DNA of 64,000 nucleotides. Origin: Gemmatimonadota bacterium. Lineage in GTDB: Bacteria > Gemmatimonadota > Gemmatimonadetes > Gemmatimonadales > Gemmatimonadaceae. Positions 47,030 to 57,237 of this stretch are shown here, piece after piece; positions within the stretch are counted from its first letter, which is position 1, and each line of letters starts with the position of its first letter. The notes under the pieces were generated by a model. That model had not been told where the DNA came from, did no database searches, and was given only the letters and a program-made list of their open reading frames with translations. The position numbers were made by a program, and so were the translations under genes. Location of the stretch: assembly GCA_031127085.1 (NCBI GenBank), contig JARIEY010000001.1, positions 30,175 through 94,174 on the forward strand. Direction: 5' to 3'.

Positions 47030-48115
47030 ATGCCCATGCGTCCCGTACCGCTTACCAAGACGAGGCGGCCGCTCCGGAGCCTCGTGCTCTTGGCGCTCGC
47101 CGTTGTCATCTCCGGCTGCGCCATCAAGGACCTCACCAGCGTTCCCGAGTGGGACCTGCGGTTCAACATCCCGACACAGAGCACCACGATTTCGGTCGGC
47201 ACCATGCTGCCGAGCGGTGTCAGCATCAAGTCAGACTCCACGGCGTTTCTCGTGAGCGTGAGCGGCACGAGCTTCAACCGCGTGCTGTCGACCGTCTGCG
47301 CCACCTGCGTACCGCTCAACGGGCTGGTCGTCCCGAAGCCGGCCTTCTCCTTCACCGCCAACAACACGACGGCCCTCCCCTCCGACGTCGCTTCCGCGAC
47401 GCTCGCGAGCGGAACCATCGCCGTGACGGTGCAGAATGGGATGACGTTTGACCCCATCAGCATCACGGGTGCCGCGACCCAGGGCCACCTGCTGATCGTG
47501 GTCACCGACGCCGCCAATCGGCAGCTCGCGCGCGATTCCGTGAACGGCGCGACCACGACGCTCGCCGCCGGATCGACGCTGAACCGCACGCTGACCCTCG
47601 CCGCCGGCCCGATCACCGGCCCGCTGACGGTCACCGCCACGTTGAACTCGCCGGCCGGCGGCAACGTGACAATGGATGTGAGCCGTTCCGTCACCGTCAC
47701 CGGCACGCCGCAGAACATCGCCGTTTCGGGCGCGGCGGTGACGGTGTCGAACAAGAACATCAACACGTCCAACATGTCGTTTGACCTCTCCGGACTGGAC
47801 GCAAGCATCGCCGACCGCATGGCCGGCGCCATCGTCCAACTGGCGATCACCAACCCGTTCGCCGTGACGGGCAACTTGACCGTCCGGCTGGTGGCGAGCG
47901 GCGTGAACATCACCAAGACGGTGGCACTCGCCACCGGCTCGAGTTCGCCCACGATCAGCCTGACCGCTGCCGAGGCCCGCTCCATCGCTGGAAAGAATGT
48001 CTCGGTGTCCATCACCGGTCCGGTGTCGGCGAGTGCGCCGATCACCGTGGCGCCGCGTGACAAGGTGACGGTCAACACGCGCATTGAGGCCACGATCAAC
48101 GTGGGGGGGAACTGA
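47030..48115 (+). CDS. Ser/Thr/Val/Asn-rich lipoprotein, function unknown
   Basis: Trimmed to ATG 47030. The lipobox is LLALAVVISGC. The composition suggests all-beta structure, with two similar modules (approximately aa 90-200 and 230-340). Confidence 0.65.
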   Translation: MPMRPVPLTKTRRPLRSLVLLALAVVISGCAIKDLTSVPEWDLRFNIPTQSTTISVGTMLPSGVSIKSDSTAFLVSVSGTSFNRVLSTVCATCVPLNGLVVPKPAFSFTANNTTALPSDVASATLASGTIAVTVQNGMTFDPISITGAATQGHLLIVVTDAANRQLARDSVNGATTTLAAGSTLNRTLTLAAGPITGPLTVTATLNSPAGGNVTMDVSRSVTVTGTPQNIAVSGAAVTVSNKNINTSNMSFDLSGLDASIADRMAGAIVQLAITNPFAVTGNLTVRLVASGVNITKTVALATGSSSPTISLTAAEARSIAGKNVSVSITGPVSASAPITVAPRDKVTVNTRIEATINVGGN

Positions 48116-49401
48116 TGACCCGCGCAAATAAAATGGGGCGTTTCGCCCTCGGCGCTCTCGTGCTGCTGATGAACGCCACGGCCCTGCAGGCACAGCAGGC
48201 CAACCCCAGCGTGGTGGCGTTTGGCATGGGGAACAACTACACCGCGGCGGCTCGCGGCTATGAGACGATTGGATGGAACCCCGCGATGCTCGCGATTGGC
48301 GCGCAGCCGAAGTTCTCGGTCGGTGCGCTGATCGGTGGGGCAAACGGCGGGCTGGCGCCTGTCGACGTGCAGGACATTGCCGACTATTCCGGCGTGACCA
48401 TTCCGCGCAGCGTCCGGCAGGGATGGGTGAATGACCTCCGCAACAGCTCCAAGTCGGAGACTGGCGCGCTCGACGGTGGCGTGACCTTCCTCGCGCTGAG
48501 CTGGGGGCACATGGCCGCACAGGTCAGCGCATCGGCCGGCGCCAACATGAACCTGAACGCCGACGCGCTCGAGACGATGCTCCTGGGCAACGCCGACGCC
48601 GTCGCCTCCAACCGGACGCTCCGTCCGTCGGGCGGCCTCACGGCCTCGGCATTCATCACGTCCGCGGTCTCGTGGTCGAAGGCGCTCAACTGGAAGCCGA
48701 TGGGCGCGAAGGACGAGAGTTTCGCGCTCGGCGTGACGGGCAAATGGGTCCTCGGCGCGGCCAACGTCCGGGTGCAGGATGCCGGGTCGACGATCACGAA
48801 GGACGCCATTACGGCGCGATTCCCGGCGGTCTTCTCCAGCGGAACCGACGCAGGGTCTGGCATTGGAATGGATGTGGGCGCGGCGTGGCACGGTGGCAAC
48901 ACCACCGTCGGTCTGACCGTGATGAATCTCTTCAACTCGTTCGCGTGGGACGGCGCCGGGTTTGAGTGCATTCCGATGACGATCGACATCGATGTCAATC
49001 GCACCAACACGTCCACCGAGAAGGCGGCGTGCTCAGGATCCACGCAAGTTCAGGTGGATGCGGCGACGGCCATGAAGTTCATGCCGTCGATCCGCGCCGG
49101 CGCGGCGTGGACCGGCCTGACCAAGTGGACGCTCACGGCGGACGTACAGTCCCAGTTGGGCGACGAGGCCGAGACGATCGTCCTCGGACCGAAGACGAGC
49201 GTCGGCGTCGGCGCTGAGTATCGCGGCCTCGCGATGCTGCCGCTGCGCGGCGGCTTCTCCGTGATCGAAGGCGGCACGCAGATGGCTGGCGGCGCGGGCC
49301 TTCGCTTCGGACGCTACGAGTTTAACGTCGGTATGCAGCTGCGGAACGTGGATGGGATGAGCAGCACGAACGTGATGCTCGGACTCCTCTCCGTGCGGTA
49401 G
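48115..49401 (+). CDS. putative outer-membrane beta-barrel protein (PorV/FadL/TraF-like by motif only)
   Basis: The ATG shares 1 nt with the upstream TGA. The signal peptide is MGRFALGALVLLMNATALQAQQ. It has GMGNNYTAAARGYETIGWNPAML near the N-terminus and an alternating Gly/aromatic beta-strand pattern. The family assignment is tentative. Confidence 0.55.
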   Translation: MTRANKMGRFALGALVLLMNATALQAQQANPSVVAFGMGNNYTAAARGYETIGWNPAMLAIGAQPKFSVGALIGGANGGLAPVDVQDIADYSGVTIPRSVRQGWVNDLRNSSKSETGALDGGVTFLALSWGHMAAQVSASAGANMNLNADALETMLLGNADAVASNRTLRPSGGLTASAFITSAVSWSKALNWKPMGAKDESFALGVTGKWVLGAANVRVQDAGSTITKDAITARFPAVFSSGTDAGSGIGMDVGAAWHGGNTTVGLTVMNLFNSFAWDGAGFECIPMTIDIDVNRTNTSTEKAACSGSTQVQVDAATAMKFMPSIRAGAAWTGLTKWTLTADVQSQLGDEAETIVLGPKTSVGVGAEYRGLAMLPLRGGFSVIEGGTQMAGGAGLRFGRYEFNVGMQLRNVDGMSSTNVMLGLLSVR

Positions 49402-49415
49402 TCGCGCAGGTACGA

Positions 49416-49456
49416 AAAGAAACGGGGCCGCTCAGTGAGCGGTCCCGTTTTTTTTG
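49416..49456. terminator. bidirectional rho-independent terminator
   Basis: aaaagaAACGGGGCCGCTCAgTGAGCGGTCCCGTTtttttt. It has a 14-bp stem with one G-U pair, a T-run on the plus strand and an A-run upstream. It lies between convergent genes. Confidence 0.8.
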
Positions 49457-49485
49457 TGCCGTGCGATCCGCGGATGCCGCGATGC

Positions 49486-50538
49486 CTACTCCCCGAGCGT
49501 CTTGCTGTCGATCACGAAGCGGTACTTCACGTCGCTCTTCAGCATCCGCTCGTAGGCGGCATTGATCTGCTGCGCCGGAATCAACTCGATGTCCGAGACA
49601 ATGCCGCGCGCGGCGCAGAAGTCGAGCATTTCTTGCGTCTCGGCAATGCCGCCGATCAGCGAACCTGCGATCGCGCGGCGCTTGAAGACGAGCGGCATGA
49701 TGCTCGGAGACGGGTGCGGTTCTGACGGCGCGCCCACGAGCACCAGAGTGCCGTCGCGCTTCAGCAGCATCGTGAACGCATCGAGCACGTGGCTGGCCGA
49801 GACCGTGTTGATGATCAGGTCAAAGGTCCCCGCGTGCGCCGCCATTTCGTCGGCGTGACGCGACACCACCACCTCGTCGGCCCCCAGCGCCTTGGCCTCC
49901 GCGCGCTTGCTCTCGCTCGAGGTGAACGCCACGGTCTGCGCCCCCATCGCGTGCGCCAGCTTTACCCCCATGTGCCCCAGTCCGCCGATGCCCACAATCC
50001 CCACTTTCTTGCCCGGCCCGGCCTGCCAGTGGCGGAGCGGTGAGTACGTGGTGATGCCGGCGCACAGCAGCGGCGCCACCGCGGCCAACTGCTCAGGGGC
50101 GTGAGAAATGCGCAGCACGAAGTCGTCCTTCACCACGATGCGCTGCGAGTAACCGCCGAGCGTGTGTCCGGGCGCGTCGGGCGTCGGGCCATTGTACGTG
50201 CCCACCATGCCCGACTCGCAGTACTGCTCCAGACCCTCGGCGCACGACCCGCACTGGCCACAACTGTCCACCAAGCATCCCACCCCCACGGTGTCGCCAA
50301 CCGCGAAACGGGTGACGGCTGCGCCGATCGCGGACACGTGCCCTACGATTTCGTGCCCTGGAACGCACGGGTACTGCGTCCCTGGCCACTCGGAGCGCAC
50401 GGTGTGCAGGTCGGAGTGGCAAATGCCACAGTAGGCGATCTCAATCTGAACATCGTGTGCGCCGGGCGCGCGGCGCGAGATGTCGAGTGGTCCAAGTGGC
50501 TGGTCGGCGGCGTGGGCGCCGTAGGCTTTGATGGTCAT
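49486..50538 (-). CDS. zinc-dependent NAD(P) alcohol dehydrogenase (cinnamyl-alcohol/YahK-like)
   Basis: Trimmed to ATG 50538, preceded by GAGGAG. Motifs: CGICHSDLH, GHEIVGHV, the structural zinc site CGQCGSCAEGLEQYC, and GIVGIGGLGH. Confidence 0.85.
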   Translation of the reverse strand: MTIKAYGAHAADQPLGPLDISRRAPGAHDVQIEIAYCGICHSDLHTVRSEWPGTQYPCVPGHEIVGHVSAIGAAVTRFAVGDTVGVGCLVDSCGQCGSCAEGLEQYCESGMVGTYNGPTPDAPGHTLGGYSQRIVVKDDFVLRISHAPEQLAAVAPLLCAGITTYSPLRHWQAGPGKKVGIVGIGGLGHMGVKLAHAMGAQTVAFTSSESKRAEAKALGADEVVVSRHADEMAAHAGTFDLIINTVSASHVLDAFTMLLKRDGTLVLVGAPSEPHPSPSIMPLVFKRRAIAGSLIGGIAETQEMLDFCAARGIVSDIELIPAQQINAAYERMLKSDVKYRFVIDSKTLGE

Positions 50539-50617
50539 TCGTGTCTCCTCGAGTAGAGCTGAAGCGTGGCGATGGCGTGGCGCCGGCTCTTTCTCGGCAC
50601 GTGTCTCGTGCCGCCAG

Positions 50618-52906
50618 TCAGAAGCCAAACCGCACGCCAGCGTTCGCAGTGAATCCCGTGAGTTCCGTCCACGCATCGGTGGTCCAGCGACCGCCGCGCC
50701 CTCGCGCCGGCAGAAGCAACGGGTCGATCCGTGTTTGACGAACGTTCGTGAGGTTCTCGAGGTTCACGAACAGCCGCGCGGCGCCGGCGCGTGTTGGAAA
50801 GACGCGCTCGCCGAGCACCCCCAACACCACATACGGCCGGCTTTCCGTCCGAAACGGATTGTCGTCCAGCGTCTGCCGTCCCGTGTAGTACAACTCCACG
50901 CCGAGACGGCTCTTTCCCTCACGCTCGACCGCAGCGACCACGCCCGCCGTGTGCCTGGGCGTCAGCGGGACGGCGCGGCGGTCGCACGCGCCCCTCGCGG
51001 CACGCTCGTCGCAGGAGGTGGCACTGACGAACGTATAGCTTCCGGTGACACGCAGCGTCGGTGACTCCTCGTCCCCGGCGGCAAGCCCAAGTTCGCGAGT
51101 GAATCGGCCGAGCAACTCCATACCCCACGTGCGCGTCGGCTGTGGGGCGTTGGCCAACCGCAGACGCGCCGCGCCCTGCGGCGTAGTCCCCAACGCATCT
51201 ACCACCTGCACGGGGTGCTCCACACGCGACGCGAAGAGCGTGGCATTGGCATCGAGGTGCGTCGCCCCCAACCGCACCGGACCGCCAACGTCGACGGAAC
51301 CGCCGAGCGCACGTTCCGCAACGAGTTGTGCGAGCGGCGCCAACGGCGACAGGCCCGTGGTCTCCGTCAGGTCAGTAAACGGTGAGGGCGCGAACTCGCC
51401 GGTGCCGAGGGACAGTCGGCTCGACCACCCCGCCAGGCGGCCATCCGCGCGTCGCAGGAGCACGGAAAGTCGCGGGTTCACCACCGTGCCGTACTCGCTA
51501 TGCGCATCGGCGCGCACGCTGGTCGAGAGCGAGATCCAGGGGGCAGGATCAACATCGAACTGCCCGAAGACCGCGGGCACGGTGAAGGTGTAGTCGAACC
51601 CCGCCACGTCGGTGGCGCGGTACCCGTCCTGCTGCAACGCGACGCCGCCCACGTAGCTCGCGCGCCCGCGGGGCACCGTGATGGCCGCCTCGCCGAACCA
51701 CGTCTGGTGACGGTCGGCCTCGCGCACGCGCCCAAACTGATGACGATGCTGCTGTGCCATCGCCGACCCGCGCAGCGTCACGATGGCACCGTGCAGCGCG
51801 CGCGCCGAGTCTTGCACGACCCAACGGGCCAGCGCCCCCAGGTCGACACGTTGCGTCTGGAGTCCTTCCGCGAACGGCGCCCCGTCCGGCGCCATTCGGC
51901 CGGGGAGTGTCCCACCCTGCCGGTCTTCACCGGAGTAGCCCGCGGTGAGAAAGGCGGACCGTGTGCCGTCCGCGAAGTAGAACCGTGGGCGAACCACCGC
52001 GCGTTCGTAGCCTGGCAGGTCGGTCCAGCCATCGGCGTCGAGATCGCGCTGCGCCTGACGATGCCCGCCCGCCAGCAGCGTGTACCCCCAGCGCGAGGTC
52101 AGCGGCGCACTGAGGAACGCCACCGCATCGGTACCACCGCGCGTCGTCTGGTTGAGCAGGACGGTCTGCTTCGCATCGGTCCCGGGACGGCGGGCAATGA
52201 GGTTCACGACTCCTCCCAGCGCCGAACTCCCGTACAGCGCGGAGGCCGTCCCCTTGATGACCTCGACCCGCCCGAGGTCCACGGGCGGGATTTGCAGTAA
52301 CCCGAGCCCACCCGCCTGCCCGCCGTACAGCGGCAGTCCGTCCACGAGCAGCAGCGAATACCGGCCGGCGAGCCCCTGAATGCGAATGCTCGCCCCACCC
52401 AGCGACGGACTCGTCGTTTGCACGCGCAGTCCCGACGTCTCATTGAGCATCATCGCGATGTCGCCCGGCGTCATCGCCACCTTCTCGGCGATCTCCTCTT
52501 CGTCAATCACCTCCACCCGCAACGGCACGTCCTCGACGCGACGTTCGCTGCGCGTGGCGCTCACGACCACCGCCTCCACCTGTGCGATCTGCGCCGTCAG
52601 CGAGAGGAGCACCGTTGTGTCGGCGCCCGCGCGCAACGTCAGCCGCAGGGAGTCCGGCCGATAGCCGAGCTTTGACACCACGAGCGAGTGCGTGCCGGCT
52701 GACAGCCGCAGGCTGGCTTCGCCACGCACATCGGTTTGTGCGCCCGCCGCGCCGGACCGCACGATGGCGGCCTCCACGGGCATCTGGTCGCTCGTCACTC
52801 GCACGCTGACGCGGGCAGCCCCTGGCGACTGCTGCGCCCCCAGTTGGCCGACGCTGGTCAGTAACGCCACGCTCCCACACAGCGCCGGCAGGGCGCGGAA
52901 ACGCAT
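50618..52906 (-). CDS. TonB-dependent receptor with N-terminal carboxypeptidase-regulatory-like domain
   Basis: Trimmed to ATG 52906 (MRFRALPALCGSVALLTSVGQLGAQQ). The plug region is SGLRVQTTSPSLGGASIRIQGLAGRYSLLLVDGLP. It has a long barrel and the terminal GVRFGF. Confidence 0.85.
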   Translation of the reverse strand: MRFRALPALCGSVALLTSVGQLGAQQSPGAARVSVRVTSDQMPVEAAIVRSGAAGAQTDVRGEASLRLSAGTHSLVVSKLGYRPDSLRLTLRAGADTTVLLSLTAQIAQVEAVVVSATRSERRVEDVPLRVEVIDEEEIAEKVAMTPGDIAMMLNETSGLRVQTTSPSLGGASIRIQGLAGRYSLLLVDGLPLYGGQAGGLGLLQIPPVDLGRVEVIKGTASALYGSSALGGVVNLIARRPGTDAKQTVLLNQTTRGGTDAVAFLSAPLTSRWGYTLLAGGHRQAQRDLDADGWTDLPGYERAVVRPRFYFADGTRSAFLTAGYSGEDRQGGTLPGRMAPDGAPFAEGLQTQRVDLGALARWVVQDSARALHGAIVTLRGSAMAQQHRHQFGRVREADRHQTWFGEAAITVPRGRASYVGGVALQQDGYRATDVAGFDYTFTVPAVFGQFDVDPAPWISLSTSVRADAHSEYGTVVNPRLSVLLRRADGRLAGWSSRLSLGTGEFAPSPFTDLTETTGLSPLAPLAQLVAERALGGSVDVGGPVRLGATHLDANATLFASRVEHPVQVVDALGTTPQGAARLRLANAPQPTRTWGMELLGRFTRELGLAAGDEESPTLRVTGSYTFVSATSCDERAARGACDRRAVPLTPRHTAGVVAAVEREGKSRLGVELYYTGRQTLDDNPFRTESRPYVVLGVLGERVFPTRAGAARLFVNLENLTNVRQTRIDPLLLPARGRGGRWTTDAWTELTGFTANAGVRFGF

Positions 52907-53254
52907 GTACGAGGCCAGCGCGGAGCAGGCTGTGGCGAGACGACAAGGCATCAGCGAAATGCTCGGCGGGAGAGAGGGGCACGCACCATCGCGCGCGAGG
53001 CGTGCGTGAACGATGCGTCGCACTGACCTCCCCCGGTCAAGCCCCACCGGAAACTCGGCTCCGGCCGCGCTGCGCGTTACCTATTTACATGCCCCCTCGC
53101 TTGCCAAGCGCACGCCCCTTCGCGACCTTGCTTCGAGGGCCAATCGTGCCGATGCCGGCGCGTTCTGGACTCAGCGCGCGGCGGCGCCGCGCCATCCGAT
53201 GCGTATTGCCCCCCGATATGACTCTCGTCCCGCGCCGCGGCGCAGGGAGGTGCG

Positions 53255-53887
53255 ATGAGCGATCGTGGGAAGCAAGGCCCGTGTGGGCCGCAGGGTGTCA
53301 GCCGCCGAGGATTCCTGACGACGGTGTCGTCGAGTGCCGCGGCCGCCGCTGTTGTGGGTGCGGTCGCGCCGACGGTCGCCGAGGCGGCGCCGCGCGACGC
53401 CAGCGAACCGACGCCCATCGTCCTGCACGTCAATGGACGGAAATACCGACTGGCGGTGGAGCCGCGCGAGACGCTGATCTCGGTGCTTCGCGAACGGCTC
53501 GGCCTCACCGGTTCCAAGCCCGGATGCGAACGGGGCGAGTGCGGTGCCTGCACCGTGCTGCTGGACGGCAGCACCCGCTATTCGTGCATGACGCTTGCCG
53601 TCGAAGCCCAGGGCCATATCATCACGACGATTGAAGGCCTCGCCGATGGCGAAGAACTCTCCGAGTTGCAGAAGGCCTTCATTCACGAGGACGCGTACCA
53701 GTGCGGCTTCTGCACGCCCGGTCAGGTGATGGCGGCGGAAGGGCTGCTGCGCAAGAATCCCGCGCCGACCATGGATGACGTGCGGCTCGGCATGAGCGGC
53801 AACCTGTGCCGGTGCGGTGCCTACGGGCACATCTTCAAGGCCGTCCAGAAGGCGGCCTCAACGCGTCGCGCGGGAGGTGCCAAGTGA
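53255..53887 (+). CDS. xanthine-dehydrogenase-family [2Fe-2S] small subunit with Tat signal
   Basis: SRRGFLTTVSSSAAAAAVVGA is the Tat motif. The two 2Fe-2S sites are CERGECGACTV and CGFCTPG ... CRCG. GGGAGG lies upstream of the ATG. Confidence 0.85.
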   Translation: MSDRGKQGPCGPQGVSRRGFLTTVSSSAAAAAVVGAVAPTVAEAAPRDASEPTPIVLHVNGRKYRLAVEPRETLISVLRERLGLTGSKPGCERGECGACTVLLDGSTRYSCMTLAVEAQGHIITTIEGLADGEELSELQKAFIHEDAYQCGFCTPGQVMAAEGLLRKNPAPTMDDVRLGMSGNLCRCGAYGHIFKAVQKAASTRRAGGAK

Positions 53888-56190
53888 GAGAGCCCAACAT
53901 CTACGGATCCGACACCCTCGAACAGGAAGGGACGCCGGAGTTCGCGCCCGCCGCGGCCGATCTGCCACCGTGGGGCAAGACGACGGTGGTCGGCGCACCG
54001 GTGCCGCGCATCGACGGGCACGACCGCGTCGGCGGCACGGCGGTGTACACCCGCGACATCGCGCTCCCCGGCATGCTGCACGCCGCCATCGTGCACTGTC
54101 CGCACGCCCACGCCATGGTGAAGCGGATCGACGTCACCGCGGCCAAGGCCATGCCTGGCGTGCGCGCAATCATCACGTGCGACTCGCCGGAAGCAAAGAT
54201 CCCGTGGATCCTCACGGGGCAGGGCGCCTTCAGTCAACTGCTCGACCCGCATTGCCGCTACGAGGGCGAAGAAGTGGCGGCGGTGGCGGCGGAAACGCCC
54301 TTGCAGGCCGCGGACGCGGCGCGCGCGATCGTGGTGGAGTACGAGGTGCTTCCGATGGTCGTGGACTACGAAGCGGCCACGAAGCCCGACGCCCCCAAGT
54401 TGCACCCCATGGGCAACCAACCGTCGCCCACGCGCACCAGCCAGCGTGGCGACGTGCAGGCCGCCTTCGCCAAGGCCGACGCGGTGGTGGAACGCACATT
54501 CCGCACCCCGTGCGAACCGCACGTCCCGCTGGAGGTGCACGGCTCGGTGGCGCAGTGGGACAGCGGCAAGCTGGAAGTGTGGGATAGCACGCAGGGCGTG
54601 TATGCGGTGCGCGATTCGCTCGCTATCGCCTTCAAATTGCCGCTCTCGTCGGTGCGCGTGGTCAGCCACTATATGGGTGGCGGATTCGGCGGCAAGCTGG
54701 AACTGGGCAAGTACACCGTGATTGCCGCCGTGCTCGCGCGGCACACGGGGCGCGCGGTCAAGTGCGCGACCACGCGCGAGGACACGATGCGCTCGCTGGG
54801 CAACCGGCCGGCGAACACCATCACGGTGAAGGCCGCCGCTCGCAAAGACGGCTCGCTCGTCGCCCTCGACGCTTCGCTCTTGGGCGCATCCGGCGCCTAT
54901 CCGACCGGGGCGACGTCCGGCTACCTCTTCCTCGACCTGTACACCTGCGCCAACGTGCGCGTCGTCGAGACATCCGTCCTCATCAATGCGGGCCAGGCCC
55001 GCGCCTTCCGTGCGCCTGGATATCCGCAGGCCGCCTGGGCGCTGGAGCAGGTCATCGACGAGCTGGCGGCCAAATTGGGAATGGATCCCATCGAGCTCCG
55101 CCTGAAGAACATCCCGACGGTCAGCCAGCTGCGCTCGGGCCAGCCCTACACGAGTACCGGCCTCTCGGCCTGTCTCAAGGAAGGGGCCGAGAAGTTTGGC
55201 TGGGACTCCTCCCGCAAGCGGCCCGCCGGCAAGAGCCACCTCAAACGCGGCATCGGCGTTGCGGCGGGTATGTGGGGATCGCCCGGTGGACCCAACGCCA
55301 CCGTGATTCTCAAGTTGTACGCCGACGGATCGGTGAACGTAAACTCGGGCGCTGCGGACATCGGCACGGGAACCAAGACGATCTTCGCGCAGGTCGCGGC
55401 CGAAGAGCTGGGCGTACCGGTGGAGCGCGTGCGCATTGAGTACGCCGACACGGCGAGCACGCAGTACGCGCCAAGCTCGGGCGGCAGTCAGACGATCTTG
55501 GTCAATATGCCGGCCTTGCGCACGGCCGCCGCTGCCGTGAAGGCCGAACTGCTCGCGCTCGCGGCCGAAGAACTGAAGCAGGACATCAGCAAGCTGTCGG
55601 TGCGCGACGGCAACATTGAGATCGCCGGCGATACCAAGAAGGTGCCCTTCTCCGCCCTGCGGAGTCTGGGGCAACGCCAGCAGCTGGTGGGGGTCGGACG
55701 CCGCGCGCCGCACCCGGCGGGCAGGGTCGCGCTGCCTTTCGCCGCGCACTTCGCCGAAGTTGAGGTGAACACGCGCACCGGCGCGGTGCGGGTGGTTCGC
55801 TACGTGGCCGCGCAGGACTCGGGGCGCGTGATGAACGCGCTCACGTTCGAGAATCAGGTGCTCGGCGGCGTGACGATGGGCATTGGGTTCGGGCTCACCG
55901 AACAGCGCGTGCTCGACCGGCAGACCGGCAAGCTCGCCTCGGGTTCGTGGCACGACTACAAGATCCCGACCGCAATGGACTTCCCGGTCGACTTCCAGTG
56001 CCTCCCGATCGATCCGCAAGACACCGAATGCAACTCAACCGGCGCCAAGGGGCTCGGAGAGCCCGCCACGATCCCCGCCGCGGCAGCCATTGCCAACGCG
56101 GTCTGCCACGCCATTGGCGCGCGCGTCTACGACGCGCCCATCACGCCGGCATCCATCGTCAATGCGCTGGCCAGCAAGGGGAGGAAGTAA
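53884..56190 (+). CDS. xanthine-dehydrogenase-family molybdopterin-binding large subunit
   Basis: Trimmed to GTG 53884, which forms a GTGA overlap with the small-subunit stop. It has the MGGGFGGK motif, and its size and order are typical of aldehyde oxidase/XDH large subunits. Confidence 0.85.
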   Translation: MREPNIYGSDTLEQEGTPEFAPAAADLPPWGKTTVVGAPVPRIDGHDRVGGTAVYTRDIALPGMLHAAIVHCPHAHAMVKRIDVTAAKAMPGVRAIITCDSPEAKIPWILTGQGAFSQLLDPHCRYEGEEVAAVAAETPLQAADAARAIVVEYEVLPMVVDYEAATKPDAPKLHPMGNQPSPTRTSQRGDVQAAFAKADAVVERTFRTPCEPHVPLEVHGSVAQWDSGKLEVWDSTQGVYAVRDSLAIAFKLPLSSVRVVSHYMGGGFGGKLELGKYTVIAAVLARHTGRAVKCATTREDTMRSLGNRPANTITVKAAARKDGSLVALDASLLGASGAYPTGATSGYLFLDLYTCANVRVVETSVLINAGQARAFRAPGYPQAAWALEQVIDELAAKLGMDPIELRLKNIPTVSQLRSGQPYTSTGLSACLKEGAEKFGWDSSRKRPAGKSHLKRGIGVAAGMWGSPGGPNATVILKLYADGSVNVNSGAADIGTGTKTIFAQVAAEELGVPVERVRIEYADTASTQYAPSSGGSQTILVNMPALRTAAAAVKAELLALAAEELKQDISKLSVRDGNIEIAGDTKKVPFSALRSLGQRQQLVGVGRRAPHPAGRVALPFAAHFAEVEVNTRTGAVRVVRYVAAQDSGRVMNALTFENQVLGGVTMGIGFGLTEQRVLDRQTGKLASGSWHDYKIPTAMDFPVDFQCLPIDPQDTECNSTGAKGLGEPATIPAAAAIANAVCHAIGARVYDAPITPASIVNALASKGRK

Positions 56191-56193
56191 GCC

Positions 56194-57174
56194 ATGCTGC
56201 CCACCTTTACCTACATCAAGCCCACCACGCTCGATCAGGCCGTGCGTGAACTGGCAACGCCCGGCGCGCGCGCCTGCTCCGGCGGCACCGATCTGCTGGG
56301 CTGTTTGCGTGACCGCGTGTTCACGGCGGAGAAGCTGGTCAGCCTGAACGGGCTCACCGAACTGCGCGGCGTCACCGAGCTCGCCAACGGGGGGCTGCGC
56401 ATTGGCGCGCTGACCACGCTCACCGAGGTGGCCACGCACGCGCTGATTGGTGCGAAGTACCAGGTGCTGGCCGCGGCGGCCGCGGCGGCCGCCAGCCCGC
56501 AGCTCCGCAATCAGGGCACGATTGGCGGCAACATCTGTCAGCGGCCGCGCTGCTGGTACTATCGCGGCGACTTCGCCTGCGCACGCAAAGGCGGTGATAT
56601 CTGCTTCGCCAAGGAAGGCGAGAACCAGTTGCACGCCATCTTTGGCGGCGATGTCTGCGTAATGGTGCATCCATCCGACACCGCCCCCGCGCTGATGGCG
56701 CTCGACGCAAGCGTCCGTCTGGTGGGACCGCGCGGCACGCGCACCGTGCCTATGGGCGAGTTCTTCGTTCTCCCCAGCAAGGACCACACACGCGAGACCG
56801 TGGTGGAACCCGGTGAACTGGTCACGGAGCTGGTGCTGCCGCCCCCGCCGGCGCTGGCCGTCAGCACCTACCGCAAGCTGCGCGCGCGCGGCGCGTGGGA
56901 CTTTGCAATCACTGGCGCAGCGGTCGCGTTGGGACTGCGCGGCAAGAAGATCGAGAGCGCGCGCGTCGTGCTCTCGGGCGTGGCGCCCGTGCCGTGGCGG
57001 GTGGAAGCCGCCGAGAAGGAACTCGTCGGACACGAGCTCTCCGACGCGCTCATTGAGCGCGCCGCACAGCGGGCCAGCGCCAATGCGACCCCGTTGTCGG
57101 GCAATGCGTACAAGGTCGCCCTCGTGCGCGGCGCGGTGGCCGAAGCATTGAGCGACCTGCGCGACAAGGGGTAA
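56194..57174 (+). CDS. xanthine-dehydrogenase-family FAD-binding subunit
   Basis: 326 aa. SGGTDLLGCL and GTIGGNICQ are typical of CoxM/PaoB-type flavoprotein subunits. Confidence 0.8.
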   Translation: MLPTFTYIKPTTLDQAVRELATPGARACSGGTDLLGCLRDRVFTAEKLVSLNGLTELRGVTELANGGLRIGALTTLTEVATHALIGAKYQVLAAAAAAAASPQLRNQGTIGGNICQRPRCWYYRGDFACARKGGDICFAKEGENQLHAIFGGDVCVMVHPSDTAPALMALDASVRLVGPRGTRTVPMGEFFVLPSKDHTRETVVEPGELVTELVLPPPPALAVSTYRKLRARGAWDFAITGAAVALGLRGKKIESARVVLSGVAPVPWRVEAAEKELVGHELSDALIERAAQRASANATPLSGNAYKVALVRGAVAEALSDLRDKG

Positions 57175-57197
57175 TCGCCCCGCGGGACAGACGCGAC

Positions 57198-57225
57198 GGG
57201 GCGGGCGCAGTCATGCGCTCGCCCC
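57198..57225. terminator. hairpin between convergent genes (terminator candidate)
   Basis: GGGGCGGGCGC-agtcat-GCGCTCGCCCC. The 11-bp stem has one mismatch, and there is no strong T-run. Confidence 0.4.
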
Positions 57226-57237
57226 GTTCGCATTCCG

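Noticed and set aside
52907-53254. Riboswitch (cobalamin or TPP) in the 348-nt gap upstream of the TonB-dependent receptor, or a Moco element upstream of the XDH-family operon
   Set aside because: I read both strands and found local hairpins (for example CACGCAC...GTGCGTG) and a CCGGTG...CCGG stem. I found no B12-box-like, CUGAGA/TPP-like or other signature that I could defend. This needs a covariance-model scan (Rfam/Infernal).
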